Shown here piece by piece: positions 10,280 to 33,011 of a stretch of 64,000 nucleotides of DNA. Source of the DNA: Chrysomallon squamiferum (taxonomy: Eukaryota; Animalia; Mollusca); NCBI GenBank assembly GCA_012295275.1, contig CM022671.1:28706001-28770000 (forward strand), given 5' to 3'. The number at the start of each line of letters is the position of its first letter. Position 1 is the stretch's first letter. The notes beneath the pieces are model-generated. The model did not search any database and had not been told where the DNA came from. It saw only the letters and a program-made list of their open reading frames with translations. The position numbers and the translations under genes are program-made.

Positions 10280-13200
10280 TGACACAGTCACACAAACAGG
10301 ATTTGTTATAAATGATGAGCAAAATATACTTTCACAGCATTCATATATACAGTAGTTCTATCATTTACTCATACAAAACAAGTAACTGTTAGCTAAGGTC
10401 TGCATATAGAATTTTTTTGTATTTATCTAGTAATGAGAGAACAGATAATAATACTGTATATACTTGTGTATAAGTCGAATTTTTGGGAGACTATATTAAG
10501 GTAATATTTTGGGGGTTGACTTATACATAGGTAATGCTTTTGTAGCTGTTGCTGAAGAGTCGCCATTTTGACTATTTTTTGCTACGGGATGCATCTTTCA
10601 GCTTTTCAAAAATATAATTTTATCATTATAAAAATTTTGAAAAATTAAATAACAAAACCAAATATGAATGTAAAACATGATATTCTTCCATTTAATGACA
10701 TAAAAATACATTTTAAAGCGAGAAAACCGTCATTACAGCGTTATGCCTTACGGCGTCTTGCAATGATCTAGGAATGCAGACTTCTCTGCCAAATTGCACT
10801 AAATATCGGTCCTAATTTCATAAACAAAACTCACTTGTGTAATTGTAAAGAATTTGGTGAAATAATATTGCAATCGTGAAATCATAGAACGACTAAATAT
10901 AACAGTAAGTTAGGTCTCCATGTTAGACCTCTTACATTAAAGAGATACTATTTATGATACATTTAGGCTATAGCTCGTGTAACACATGCATTTACGTTAT
11001 TATGGTATGTTCGTGCAAGTTATGTTACAGTAGGCGTACAATGTAGGCCTTCGTGGCACTGTCACACTGGTCTAAAAATAGTGACGGTGCCTGGAGTCTA
11101 CAGTCGACTTATACACAAGTAATACCTAAAATGACGCAATTTTTTGTCTTAAAATACACATCGACTTATACATAAGGTCGCCTTGTACACAAGTATATAC
11201 GGTAATAATATATTATAAACTGTTAGCTAAGGTCTGCATATAGAATTTTTTTGTAATGAGAGAACAGATAATAATAATAATATATTATTGATGTAGTTTT
11301 GTTTTTCAGTGACACAGCGCCTCTTATTAACAAATCCAGTAGTGAACACATGTTCGATACAATGGCTATGGAGATAAAGCAGTTGCTGGCAAAAGTAAGT
11401 TACTTTGATTAATATTAAGCTGTTAAGTATAATTAATCATCTGTTTTTGAAAAGTGATAACCACTGTGAAAACAACATAAACGTCATACTTTTCTTAATC
11501 GTTTGCTTTGCAGTCACTGAACGAATGCAAAATCTTTTTCAAAAACTATTTTTATTTACATCATTATTGTAATTCCATTTTTTTCTTCTGTTTGTTTTCA
11601 TAGTTTAATCTTGAGATAATTTTTAATTTTTAATTTTATTTTTTTTTTTCACATTTTTTTACATTCAAAAAAAAAAAGAAGAAAATTTATAATCTAATTT
11701 TCATGAAACTGAACATAGTTATCATGAACAAGTTGGTTTCTGATTTTTTTTTTTACCAGATATTTGAAATTATGTCTACATACAATACATTAAAAGGAAA
11801 TATTTTTGATTCTAGTTGACGGCTATTAATGACAGAATGGTAGAGTACACACAGACAGTCAGTATGAACTCACCTGCTCTGCTACACACTCTACAGCGAC
11901 ACAGAGACATCCTGCAGGACTACACACACGAATTCCAGAAGACCGAGGCAAACATCATGTTTATTAGAGAAAGAGAAGATTTACTGGGATCTGTGCACAG
12001 AGATATTAAGTATGTGAAGAGAAAGATGATATTTAAAATACACATGTTGTTGTTTTTTTGAGTAGTTATACCATTTCTTTCTCTATAAACATAATTTGTA
12101 TGTACGACAACTGCGGATTGCACTGTATTTATTTTAAAGTTTAATTATTTAATTATCATACAATTACGTGTTTAAGGTTACACGTGTCTTTATTGTTCTG
12201 TCTGAAACTTTAATCTGTTTTTTATTTTATTTTTATAATTTAGATGTTCTGTATTTAAAAACAGTTTTTGAAATGAAAATAGAATAATAAACATTGACAG
12301 AGTAATTTTACATACCTCAGAATCTGCGCTTAAAATTCTATTTGTTTTTGTTCTTTTCTGACATTTCATGCAGCTATGGAAAGTAAAATATATTTTTACA
12401 GTTTTCGTTTAATTTTATTCACTCATTTGCACACACACACATTCATTTCTTTTTTAGTCTTACACATTAGTTATTATTATTTTTTAATATAATGTTTTTC
12501 TCTATAATTCTTTAATGGATTTATTTACTTCTCTAGTGCCTATAAAAATTCTTCAGGTCTAAATAGAAGAACAGATTTATATTTAAAAGAAAATGAACAC
12601 ATAAGAAAGTAAGTATTTGATATATATATATATGTCCACAGTGACATTCTATATTACAGTAACAGAGCTACAGCCAAACTCTGTTCCAAAATAAATTTAA
12701 ATGTAATTTATTATTACAGTGTAGTGTTTGAAAATCTGTTGCATTTGTTTTGTTGGAATTTATGGATAATTAATATATATAATTAATATATCTTCATCCT
12801 TTTGTGTTTTACAAGACTGATATTTTATAGATATATATTAATTACTATTTTGTATTTCAGTTCAGAAAGGATGATAGATGAACAGATAAGGTGAGTTATG
12901 TATATTTATTACCAGTATGCTGAGTTGAGTTGTAGCCTACAGACGATGTGCATTTATTATTAAATAACATTTTGTACACTTGTTAGTGACTCTTTCATTC
13001 TTTGCTGATAATAAAGGAAAATAAATAATATAACAATAGTGTGTGGCATTTTCAGTGTCTTTTGAGTGCAGCATTCTTGTGTAACATAGGATCATCATAC
13101 AGGAAAATAGCATTGTGAATATTTTTAAAATTTGCACTGCATTTTAGTTATAATATTTTCTCCTTCCCCCACTGGAGAAATTCCTGAGACAATTTACGTT

Positions 13201-14261
13201 GTATTATATGTTATGTAATGTTTGTAATGTGTTGTTTTGTTTTTCAGTATTGCAATAGCCACAAAAGAAAACTTACAGTCTCAGAAATCTGTGCTCGGAA
13301 CAATTACACAGAAAATGACTACCTTAGGAAGTATCCTTTTTACTATTCACATGGGATCTAGCATAGAAAAATAAGTAATGAATATCTGAATATCAAGAAT
13401 GGAATCGTAGACACAATTTTAAACTTGCATTATAAGTGACAGAATGTGCTAATCAGTGTCATCATATATTACAGAATCTGAAATAATTAGTGTGATCAGG
13501 TAATAATTGTATGAAAGAGGAGACACAAGGTACTGCCAAACTGAGGGCTCCTTTTTGTGATCAGCAGTAAGGAATCTTTCATCCGCTTTTTCCTGTAGAA
13601 AAGCACACAGTAAGGTCTTTCATAAATCCTTGATATGTAGTAAGTACTTGAGTGAATTCTCAAGAAAGAGCCATAGTAATAATAATAGTTTGTGAGGTCT
13701 GAATGGGTTCTTTCTCAGTCATATGTTAATGATTTGCAGCATTAATGAAAATCCCATTCATGCCAGGGCTATGTGGCAGATGTATGAAAGTCTGTGATTT
13801 ATATTTTAGTAGTAAAAGTGTATGACAAAAGAACCCTCGGCAACTGACAGGTAAAAACTGCCCAAGAACTTGAGAAGTGATAGCACCAGGCATTTACTTC
13901 TCAGAGAGTATCATTACACAAGAACATTTCCTAATAATCATTACAATGTTTAATAAATTATGAAAATACGTTAATAAAGATAATTGTAAACAACCAGTAT
14001 TGTTTCAGGCTCATGCAGTAAATAGATAGCGGTTTGTATTTTATTCAGTCCATTTTACACACTCGTATCTTACTGTAGGTAATCATGTTACCCAAAGTTT
14101 AAATGAATTAGTTTAATTTTCCGTAACCTATTTCAGACAGATTTCCAGTGCTCAACAATTTAATGCAGAGAATAAACATTCGCAAGAGGAGGGACACCAT
14201 AATACTTGCACTTGTTATAGCTGTTTGCATCATTCTCTTGATACTCTATGCTTTCCACTGA
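6826..14261 (+). CDS. GOSR1: Golgi SNAP receptor complex member 1 (GOS28), 239 aa, 8 coding exons
   Basis: Exons 6826-6853, 7443-7545, 11310-11394, 11816-12009, 12537-12608, 12861-12890, 13248-13330, 14137-14261; all GT-AG and phase-consistent (720 nt). Protein MADMGNLWEDLRKQARQLENEIDLKLVSFSKLG...HTLQRHRDILQDYTHEF...LYLKENEHIRNSER...NRFPVLNNLMQRINIRKRRDTIILALVIAVCIILLILYAFH has the C-terminal TM anchor. An in-frame ATG at 6811 is an alternative start. Confidence 0.96.
7885..8060 (-). mobile_element. Degenerate tRNA-derived SINE fragment in GOSR1 intron 2
   Basis: cagcaattggtctttt (7933) resembles the revcomp of aaaagatcccttgctg (19566); shares further blocks with the copies at 13520-13640 and 37800-37925. 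Confidence 0.55.
10454..11202. mobile_element. Non-autonomous Tc1/mariner-superfamily (pogo/Tc2-like) DNA element, 749 bp, TA target duplication
   Basis: TA|CTGTATATACTTGTGTATAAGTCG ... CGCCTTGTACACAAGTATATACGG|TA inverted termini; internal subterminal GACTTATAC repeats at ~10518, ~11106 and ~11163. Confidence 0.85.
13331..14136 (+). other. U12-type (minor spliceosome) GT-AG intron, last intron of GOSR1
   Basis: 5' splice site GTATCCTTTT; branch-site-like TTTTCCGTAAC at 14117-14127 with its last A 10 nt before the AG; splicing restores TLGNRFP. Confidence 0.88.
13520..13640 (-). mobile_element. Degenerate SINE fragment (same family as 7885-8060 and 19495-19650)
   Basis: gagggctccttttt...cagcagtaaggaatctttc matches the revcomp of the family core. 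Confidence 0.5.
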
Positions 14262-16066
14262 CAGCTGTGTGTGTTAGTGATCATGTTATGTATAAAGAGT
14301 GTGAGTAAAATGTTTCAGAAAAGCCAGATGACTTTAGTGTGTTGTTTAATAACATAGGGGTGAAAGTTACTGTTTTGTTTTCTGTGATTTGAAAACCAGA
14401 AAAAAAGAAAAAAGAAAATGGACAGTGAGAAAGATGAATTAGAAAATACGGTACTGTGAATGAATTAAATTATGTATATCCTTATAGATAGTGTGTATCA
14501 TATGTTATTTCCTGTTCCAACCATTTTGCTCTGTGATGGGCTTGTTGTGGGCTGTGCCATGTGCCTGGAGTATCACACATGGTATATTAAATGTAATATT
14601 TCAAAGAATAACACAATTTTGGGGAAAAATTAAAGTTTTAGGACTGTTTCTCTTCTTTTCCAACCATTTTGCTCTATGATTGGCTTGTTATGGAGCATTC
14701 TGGTATTTCAAGCATATTCTGATCCAGGCTTACTGAAAATAATTCAGGTGTAGACTTTCTATTGCATGGAATATATGGAACAGAATCTCAATTGTTGCAG
14801 TAAAACATGAAATTAGTTGTTCAGTATTAATGAAATTTTCTAATTCAAGGACAAAGTGTTTTAACAGTTTGATGGTGGGAATGATTGCAGTAATTTTGTA
14901 TTTATTGTTTTTTATTTACACTTAAAGAAAACTGTCAGTTATATTATGAAATGTAGATATTGTTAAAGAAAGTGATTTAAAAAATAATAATAATAATAAC
15001 CAATTTAATGATTTTTAGGTGGAACTAAATCATTGATGTTAGTGCCAGAGATGTCCAGTTACTATTCATCAATTGTAAAATGCAAGATATTTTAAATCTT
15101 ACAGAGGTAAACATGTATAATGATAACATGCTAATAATAGTTGTTAATAAAAAAACTGGCAGGGGGAGGGATGATTTTTCAAACTGTATTTACACAAAAG
15201 CCTATCTGTAATTTCAACTCCACCCATCTTTGTCCTGTATGGAGACAGTTGTCTCTCCCAAGAACACACCTGTCAAAAAATAATTACATACCTGAATTTT
15301 CCCAGCGTCATTTGATACAGACTGTTACAGCAATGGTTACATGTTTATCACAGCTTTTAAAAAATAAAATGTAACCTAACACATTTTCACATGGAAATAA
15401 ATCTTTTTTTTCTCAGTAAATATATGTAAGTTAAGTAATTATTATCATTTCATTTCTCTCTGTCTGTCTGTCTGTCTCTCTTTGCATGTCAGAATTTCTG
15501 ACAGATTGAATATATTTTTAGCATTGGGATGCACTTGCATTGGTTGTCATATAATTCAGTAATAATCTTGCATGTTTTCTTAGTCACTAGGAAAACCAGA
15601 CATGATAGATTTGAAAACTGCAGTCTATATTAACATTGTGATATTCTAAACTTCAGGACTTGTACTAGTGATATATATAAATGAATATTAGTAAAATTTT
15701 AACGTACTTCTTACAGAAAAAGAACTGGGTAGCAGAAATGTCTTCTTATAAATCCTTTTTTTTTTTATCTGGACAGGTCACTGAAATTTTGTTGTTTTCT
15801 ACAAGTTGGTTGATCACATAAAAGTAATGTATTATTTTTGTGAATTAATCTTACATTACAGTTCATAATTTTCATACAAGTCATTTGAACATTTTGCACT
15901 GTACTAATAATATCTAGCACTAGTTTTATTGTTATTTTATTAGTGAAACATTAATTATTAATTTAAGAAATTATAATTATTTTTCAATCACATTGGTACT
16001 TGGTGAAATTAATACAAATTCTGCACAAGGAATTTTATCAGTTGGGGTTTTTGATGTTTTAGTTTG

Positions 16067-16114
<48 letters not shown>

Positions 16115-17911
16115 GTGGTTAAAATATGGTTAATTTGATGTTTGACATAAAGAAAAATTAGATTTTTAATGATCTTGATGAATATTCATAAACATTTTAC
16201 CTATTTTTATTTCTCCTTATATTTATTTATTTATAAGTAGCTGCATTCAAAATTTTATGACGTCTGAATACATGAATATGACGAGAACATTTTTAAATTG
16301 TTTCAAATCACTTTAAGTATTTGTTACTGTTGGCAGAATAACCTACATACATTTTTATCTACATCAAAATAATTATTTTATTTATAGCAACCAATATTGG
16401 ATAATAATAAGCATGCATGAATGGCGACCAACATTTTAAATATTGATTGGGAAATTTTAATTTTTTAAAAATAGATTTAAATAAGCATATTACCTAGTAA
16501 ATTCGTGATAGTTAGCTTAAGAAAGATTTATTCAGTGTTTTCTCAATTTTTTAATGTTCTTATTTATTGTTAATTAAAAAAATAAAATTATAATAATAAA
16601 TAAATAATGCATCCATGCACTTTATTATTAGGAAACATTGGTTGCTGTTAAGAATTAAAACAAACAATTTAATGTATACATAGTATATTTATACAGTCTG
16701 TTTATATTTATTTTCTTCGGTTGTGATAATGGTTGAATGATTGACAAGCTATTCAAGTTAACCAAGGGATAAATTTACACATTGGTGAATAGTATTGATA
16801 AAAATGATGGGATCTTTTGTTTTTAAAATTCCATTTTATTATCAGATTTTTATCAAGTTTGATTTCTGTATTTGTAATCCTGCATATAAAATTGGGAATT
16901 ACTGTTGCCATACTGGCTTTTTATGTAACAGTTGTACCAAACTGATGCAGTCACAGTTTTATTAAATGTTATATAAATACATGACTTAAACAGAAAGTAA
17001 ATAAATAAAAATAAATTTATGAATCTTCTATAACCCAAAATGAAGAAATTAGTTGTCTGCTCAGTATTTTCTGTGATTATAAATATTCAAACAAAGAATA
17101 TTTACTTTATTCAAGAAAAGTATATAAAATAACAGAAAGTATAAAAAATGTTAAAAAAATTAAATAAAAAATTGCTTATATATTATAAAACTTTTTGACA
17201 TTTACAGAAGCAGGAAACGTTAATAATCTGTTTAATAATTAATTTGCATGTTCTGTATGAGCTGGAAAAAAAATCACATTCATTGGTGGTCATTGTTATA
17301 AATTGTTCTGTAAATAATTACTGATGTTTATTTATCAGTTTAATTTTATGTTTATTGTTTCTGATCATGTCAGAAATTGGGACTGTACATATCTTTTTGG
17401 TGTATTCTCTATCTACCTGTACATAAATGGTATATAAATTATTTTATATAAACATGGTGTTGTTGTTTTTGTAAGAAAATATAATTATTAAAATATATTT
17501 ATGTATTAGGAAAACATAAGTAATTGGTGACTTTTTTAAGAATAAAATTAAATTTTGTAAAATTCATCAGCGAAAGATTAATAGTTTTAAGAAAAACCTT
17601 CATACATAGATAGACCATTTTTTTCAGTTCCGATTTTGGTTTCTTTTTACATGGCTACATAACCGATGTAAATTTTCTGGATGTTAAAATGTTGCCAAAA
17701 AATGGCTAATACTTGAATTTTTATTCTTTCTGACTAAATATTGTCTTGTGTTTCTGGGAACATTGGTGCTGTCACAATTTTATAGCATGTTGAGAAAAAA
17801 GGTTATATAAAAATACCACATGGTTTGCCTTAAATGATACATACTTGTAGATTAAACCATGTTTGCTACATTCCTTTGTTAACACATCAGATTTGAATGT
17901 TAGTGTTTATT

Positions 17912-20132
<2,221 letters not shown>

Positions 20133-21641
20133 TTAAATCTAGACTTTCACAAAAGTAATTTTTATATCTGCATTTTCTACGATTTTATTATTTTATCGCA
20201 AGTGCAAGATTGGGAAAATAATAAGTGAAAAAGCTGACACATTTATGTTTTGACTGTGGAGTTAAAAATCATTTCCCTTTCAGTTTCATCGTTATCGTTA
20301 GAGTCCCACATTCTGAAACCTATTACACTGTTCTTACTACTTACCTCCCTTGAGTTATTGGGGCGAGTAGAAAGGTAAAAAAAAAAAAAAATGTAATCAT
20401 AATAATGATAATAATAATAAAGCAGAGAACAAAAATAAAATAAAAATAACTGACGCTATAATATCCAGCTTGTGTAATCAGAAACGGCCAGTGCATTGAT
20501 GATGGGTTTAAGAAGGGAGTTAATCCATACAGCCCTGCCCAGAATTGCAAACGAACTGAAACCAATGACAGTCGTGTATATTTTGCGGCCTGATGTATGT
20601 TATTTTCTATGGTGCATTGAATGTTCGAAAATAATTATTTACATTATGTTAAAAAAAAAATTAAAAAAATTAAAAAAAAAAAAAATTAAAAACAAATGTC
20701 GATACAAGCAAAAACAACAACTACAGCAACAACAGTCGTCAGCGAACGTAATACAGTCGCACCATGTAACCACAACAGTTGTGTATAATAAATTACTAGG
20801 AGAAAAAAAAGAAAAAAAAAGAAAATAAGAAAGAAAAGTAAGAAAAAAAAAAAAAAACCTTATGTAAGCACCCCTATCGATATTCAGCATAAATTTACTA
20901 TTTATTGCACAAACACTTTATATGTCAAGTAATTTGTGCAAATGTAAACATCGCTGTTTAAATTTATTGCTTGTTTTATTGGACTGATTATGTTAATGTA
21001 TAAATATGGCTACACGTGTAAAAGAGAAAAACATTTCAACTCGTCACAAAATGACAGGATAATTAATTTTTTGAAAGTGTTGTCTTGAAATAAAGTGGTC
21101 GAACTATAATTTTTTTTTCTTTAAAGTTCTTTTTCTTCTTGTTTATCTACTTATATATATATATAATCTAAAGCATTCATTAATCCACTAACAGGAAAGA
21201 AAATTTAAAATAATAACAACACTAATAATAATGATAACATCAACAACAACAGATAGATAGATGGATAGATAGATAGATTCTTTTTTCCATTTCAGAATTA
21301 CGTTAAGATAATCTGTGACTTCCAGTGAAGAATATTCCCAGTTTTATTTATAATTTTATCATAAACTTGTGGATATACGGGATATTTGAATTATAAAGAA
21401 TGTAATAAACTTTTAATTTCGATAATTATAACACAAAGTTATAGCTTAGTGACACGTCGAATAAATACACTTTAATTCATGGTTGTGTCCATATTATGAT
21501 TAGTCCATATTATAGTAATGAAAGTAGTAGTAGTAATAGTAGTAGTAATAGTAACAGTAATAATACATACATACTTGGAAAAGTAAAAAACTAAACATCA
21601 GCATTAAATCTAAAGCTCTCATGAATCCACTAACATAGGAA

Positions 21642-21696
<55 letters not shown>

Positions 21697-22116
21697 CAAA
21701 ATAAAATTACATATAATTATATAAAATAAAACAAATAATAATGTAAATAAATAAATAAAACAAAAACAATCAAACAAAACAAAAATTAGTTAATTTACTG
21801 CATACTTTTTGCAGTAAATTAACTCTTTTTTTTGTTCAACTAATGAAAACTACACTATAAACATCTGCTGTTTGTTACAAGCGGTATGCAGAGGTACATT
21901 ATTCCAACAGTGGTATCGTTTACAGGTACATCTTATGAGATACACAATGATACATACCACAGTGTTTGATGAACAGATAATGACACGGGTTTAAATCCGA
22001 AACGACCCCAGGGCCATCCGATTGGATTCGATACTAAGCCGATATCGAATTACATATACGAATTTCTACTTAACGCTTATAGTCACCATATAAGGTATAA
22101 GTCCATTTTGAGGGAT

Positions 22117-22197
<81 letters not shown>

Positions 22198-22590
22198 AGG
22201 TGGAAAATGAGGTGGAATATCTAGGGATGGTATACGTGGGAACACACAGACAGCCACACAAACGCACACACACATACACAAACTTCTTTTTTTTTAATGA
22301 ATAATTTTAAATAACGATTCATGCAAGGGTCAAATCCAAAAAGTTGTTGAAAGATTATAATTTCTGCAATATGATAGGGATTTCACTTTAATTTTAATAA
22401 TAATAATAACAACAACAACAACAACAACAACAACAATAATAATAATAATTATGAAATCAGTTGAATAATAAGGAAAGGTTTGCAACAGGTGCAACAACAA
22501 CGACAAAAATACACATAAAACTTAACCATGTCCATAGGTTCATAAAGGATTTTATTTCACTTTATTTTTTAATTTTTAAAAATGTTTATT

Positions 22591-22670
<80 letters not shown>

Positions 22671-22844
22671 TAATTAATTAATTTAAAGCATTTATTTATT
22701 TATTTATTTATTTTAGAGGTTTAGACATGTACATTAGTACTAGTTCAGTCAGTTGACTAGCCACTGTGTTTCGGGGCAAACATACACTCTTAATACGTCA
22801 GTGCCTGGGCCAAAGTCCTTCACGTAGCAAAATGTATTCTATCA

Positions 22845-22900
22845 TTCCATTGGATAACAGCTCTCAGTCACTGCCTCTATTTAAGTAACAAACCAATAGC
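22845..22900 (+). promoter_or_regulatory. Putative carbonic anhydrase promoter (ATTGG and CCAAT boxes, TATTTAA)
   Basis: Motifs ~310-360 bp upstream of the ATG at 23207; motif match only. Confidence 0.3.
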
Positions 22901-23206
22901 CGCATCCTACAGTCGTTTGTTCAAAACAAACTATTAGAGAAGTTATTATGTAAATAACAATATTATAATAGACACACATTTTTCACAGGATAAACTGAAA
23001 CATTCTGTTGTATAGGAAATATACACAACCGTAAGACTAAACAAAAAACGTAAAGAAAGAAAGAAAGAAAGAAAGAAAAAGAAGAAGAAGAAGAAGCAAG
23101 AGGAGAAGAAGAAGAAAAGTTATAGGAGTAAATTAAAGAAGATAACGAAAAAAAGAAGAAGAAGAAAAAGGAAGAGAATAACGCAGAGTTGACTAGATCT
23201 AACACA

Positions 23207-29404
<6,198 letters not shown>

Positions 29405-29526
29405 AAAATGAGTGAGCTGACCGTTCCTAATTGCGTAGTAATAGTATTAACAATGCTAAACAGACAAGAACAACAAATATGAATTAATTTTATTTTCAAT
29501 CAATCTGTATAAACCATATCACACAA

Positions 29527-29562
<36 letters not shown>

Positions 29563-29795
29563 CGGGACATATTAGCAATATTTTTTGTCATATAGCTGGT
29601 TTAGGACACACACAAACACACACACAGATTCTACTAACATTATTGTTCATTTCAGTAGAGTAGTATTTTGCTGTTTTGTTAAGCAATGGCTATATATTAT
29701 CCTGATATAAACTATATGGAAAATGAATGTGATTAATATAATTACAGGTGTTTCTGGTTTTCTTTTCCCTGTTTTTCCTTTTATTATTTTTTTAA

Positions 29796-30030
<235 letters not shown>

Positions 30031-31007
30031 GATTCTATACAAAGTAACGTTTTGCTCTCAGACAAGGTCCTAGATCACCGTCACAGGTCAGTAGGTATGA
30101 AGTCACGTTTGTATATTCTGTGTGTATTTCTGGAATTTATAAAATACACCTTTCATATTTTATGTCCATTTATACATTTTTATCTTCCTCAGTCTTGTTT
30201 TTTGTGCGTCATCAAATGATGCAATGACGAAGCGCTTTTTTTGTTTTTCATCTGAATAATAATAATAATAATAATAACAACAACAACAACAACAATAACA
30301 ATAACAAAAATAAAAATAGAAATGATAATAATAATAACAATAATACTGATACTTATTATGATGATGACGATGATAATGATAATATCATGACGATGACGAT
30401 AATAATAATAATAATATTGATTATGATGATGATATCAACTTCATCTTCAGTAATAATTAGAACTAAGACGAAAACTAATCAAACGATAAAAATAGAAAAG
30501 AAAAAAGCGAACAAACAAACAAATAAATAAATAAACAAAGAAACAACCAATGAATAAACAAACAAATAAAAACAAACACACAAACAAACAAACAAACAAA
30601 CAATAAATAAATAAATAAACAAACAAACAATAAATAAATAATATAGTCAAAATACTGTGTTAGACGGTTACGCTGCTGGTGTAGAACAGAGTAATAGAAT
30701 ACAGAACTGTTGACTGTTAACACGATACAAAACTGCAACGTAAAAACTATCTTTATTTTTTTAATAATTTATACCTTAGCGACTTCGAAGAAAAAATATC
30801 CCTTCGCTTTGACTGTAGCTCTTCTAGATAAATATCTTTCTTTCAAAATATTATTCTGTGTATCTGTAATTTATGTTTCCAGCAGATTGTCATCCGGTAT
30901 AAATTACACACGAGCTTTCTTTGCAGCGATGAATTGATTCTTCCTCTTAAACAATTCTTGTTTTTTTTTAGAAAAAAAAAAAAAAAAAAAAAAAAATTGA
31001 TTGATTG

Positions 31008-31044
<37 letters not shown>

Positions 31045-31799
31045 TTTTTTTTTTTTTTTTTTGAAAAAAAAAGAAACAAGCTGGTTTTGTTAATATTTCA
31101 GCAGCGATTGTTGCAGTGACTTAACATTAGGAGTTATTCCTCTTCTTTTATTTTACGTTCGTTATTTCATGCAGATACGTAAAGAATGATTCTCAATGAC
31201 TTTGTGCAATCAAAATAAATAAATAAATAATAAATAAATAAATAAACTTCTGACTGCATGTTAGTTCCTATTCCAGTCACTGCTCCTCGATTGACATACT
31301 TAACGTTTAAGCAGGCCAAGGTTCGAGATGACGAAATAAAAGTGTACCGGTTACACTAACTTCTGACCTGTTTGGACTTGGAACCTGTAAAAGCTTCTTT
31401 AAACAGAGAGGGCCATTAGTGTTGTAAATAACTCCATAAAAAAAATATATTATAAAAAAAAGAACAAAAAAAAAAAAGCTGAATCATGGAGACATTTGAT
31501 GGATGGATGGATGTGAGACATCAGTAGATTCAAGAGAGATATATTTATATAATCCACGGTGAATGAGTATCAAGTGTACCGTGACGAACAAAGTGTAGTT
31601 AAATAATGTCTCGTCTTTCTTATTATTATGTAAAACTATTTCACCTTCTAGCAGTCTGCCTCTCCGTTTGTCACTTAATTTCTCTGTGTTTATGTGTGTA
31701 TATATATGTGCATGTATGTACGTCTGTATGTATGGATCTATGTATCTGTGTATGTATATTTAGGATTTGAATATTCTGTGTCTTATGTACGTCTGAATA

Positions 31800-31950
31800 G
31801 ACTCTGTACATAGACAATATTCGGGAACGCACTGGCGCAGGAGGACAAAGTCCAATCACGACCTCACAAACCCGTCAGATGCCGCTGACAAGACTCGAAC
31901 GTATGGCGCCCATTCGCCCGGATTCATAATGCGGATGACGTTACCGTTCG
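31800..31950 (-). mobile_element. Probable tRNA-derived SINE fragment
   Basis: Minus strand has a B-box-like GTTCGAGTC followed by tcctcctgcgccagtgcgttcccga; GC-rich patch abutting a (GTAT)n microsatellite. Confidence 0.35.
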
Positions 31951-31954
31951 TTCG

Positions 31955-32285
31955 TATGTATGTCTGTATGTCTGTATGTATGTATGTATGTCTGTATGTA
32001 TGTCTGTATGTCTGTATGTATGTATGTATGTCTGTATGTATGTCTGTATGTCTGTATGTATGTCTGTATGTCTGTATGTATGTATGTATGTATGTATGTA
32101 TGTATCTGTATGTATGTCTGTATGTATGTCTGTATGTATGTATGTATGTATGTATGTATGTAGGTAATATGTATGTATGTATGTATGTATGTATGCATGC
32201 ATGTATTTATGTATATCTGTATGTATGTATTTATGCATGTGTGTATGTATGTATGTGTATGCATACACACACACACACACACACG
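31955..32285. repeat. (GTAT/GTCT)n and (CA)n compound microsatellite
   Basis: Direct observation. Confidence 0.9.
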
Positions 32286-32834
32286 CGCGCAGTCATATAT
32301 ATTGATGATAGTACTTCAGTGTGCACCATGGCTGTATGTGTGTTATTTTTGCGAGATGTAAAATTTATTCAGAAACATAAAGATGGACAGATGGAAAGAA
32401 AAAGAAATCTGGGATACAAACAAAATATATATAGACATGAAAAGATGCAGAGATCGATGGACAGTCAGCCGTTTATACTGTTTCAGTTACTCTCACACAC
32501 TGTTTACTAATTTCATGAATAAATAAAGAAGACATTTCCCACTATAAATAAAAAATATTTTATATTTTCTGAAACTGTTCATTTGATGAAGACAGATCTA
32601 AAAGGTTGATATTACGAATGTCATAAATCTATATTAAGAAAAGGCATGATTCGAAATCAGCTTACTATCTAATGTTAATCCTATCCAAACCCATACTGTG
32701 GACCTAACTCTGATACTAACCTCAGATCTAACCGTGTCCCTAACCCTAACACTAAAACTATCGATAACCTGAATATATTCTTACTTTAACATTAACCTTA
32801 AAACTAACACACAAGCGAACACATAGTCTCTCTG

Positions 32835-32875
<41 letters not shown>

Positions 32876-32973
32876 CTCACGCATTCTCTCTCTCATAATT
32901 ATATCAGCGAGCTTTTAAAACTGATATTAACTGGAAACAGTTCAATTCGTTAGAAACATAATTATATCATCTA

Positions 32974-33011
32974 GTGTAAAGCAGACGTGATAACCACTAC
33001 ACCACGAAACT
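32974..33011 (-). pseudogene. 5' half of tRNA-Val(TAC) within a displaced copy of the cluster unit (~32895-33070)
   Basis: gtgtaaagcagacgtgataaccactacaccacgaaac is identical to the 5' half of the TAC genes; both flanks match the flanks of the genes at 2447 and 3211; T-arm and acceptor 3' strand are deleted. Confidence 0.85.
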
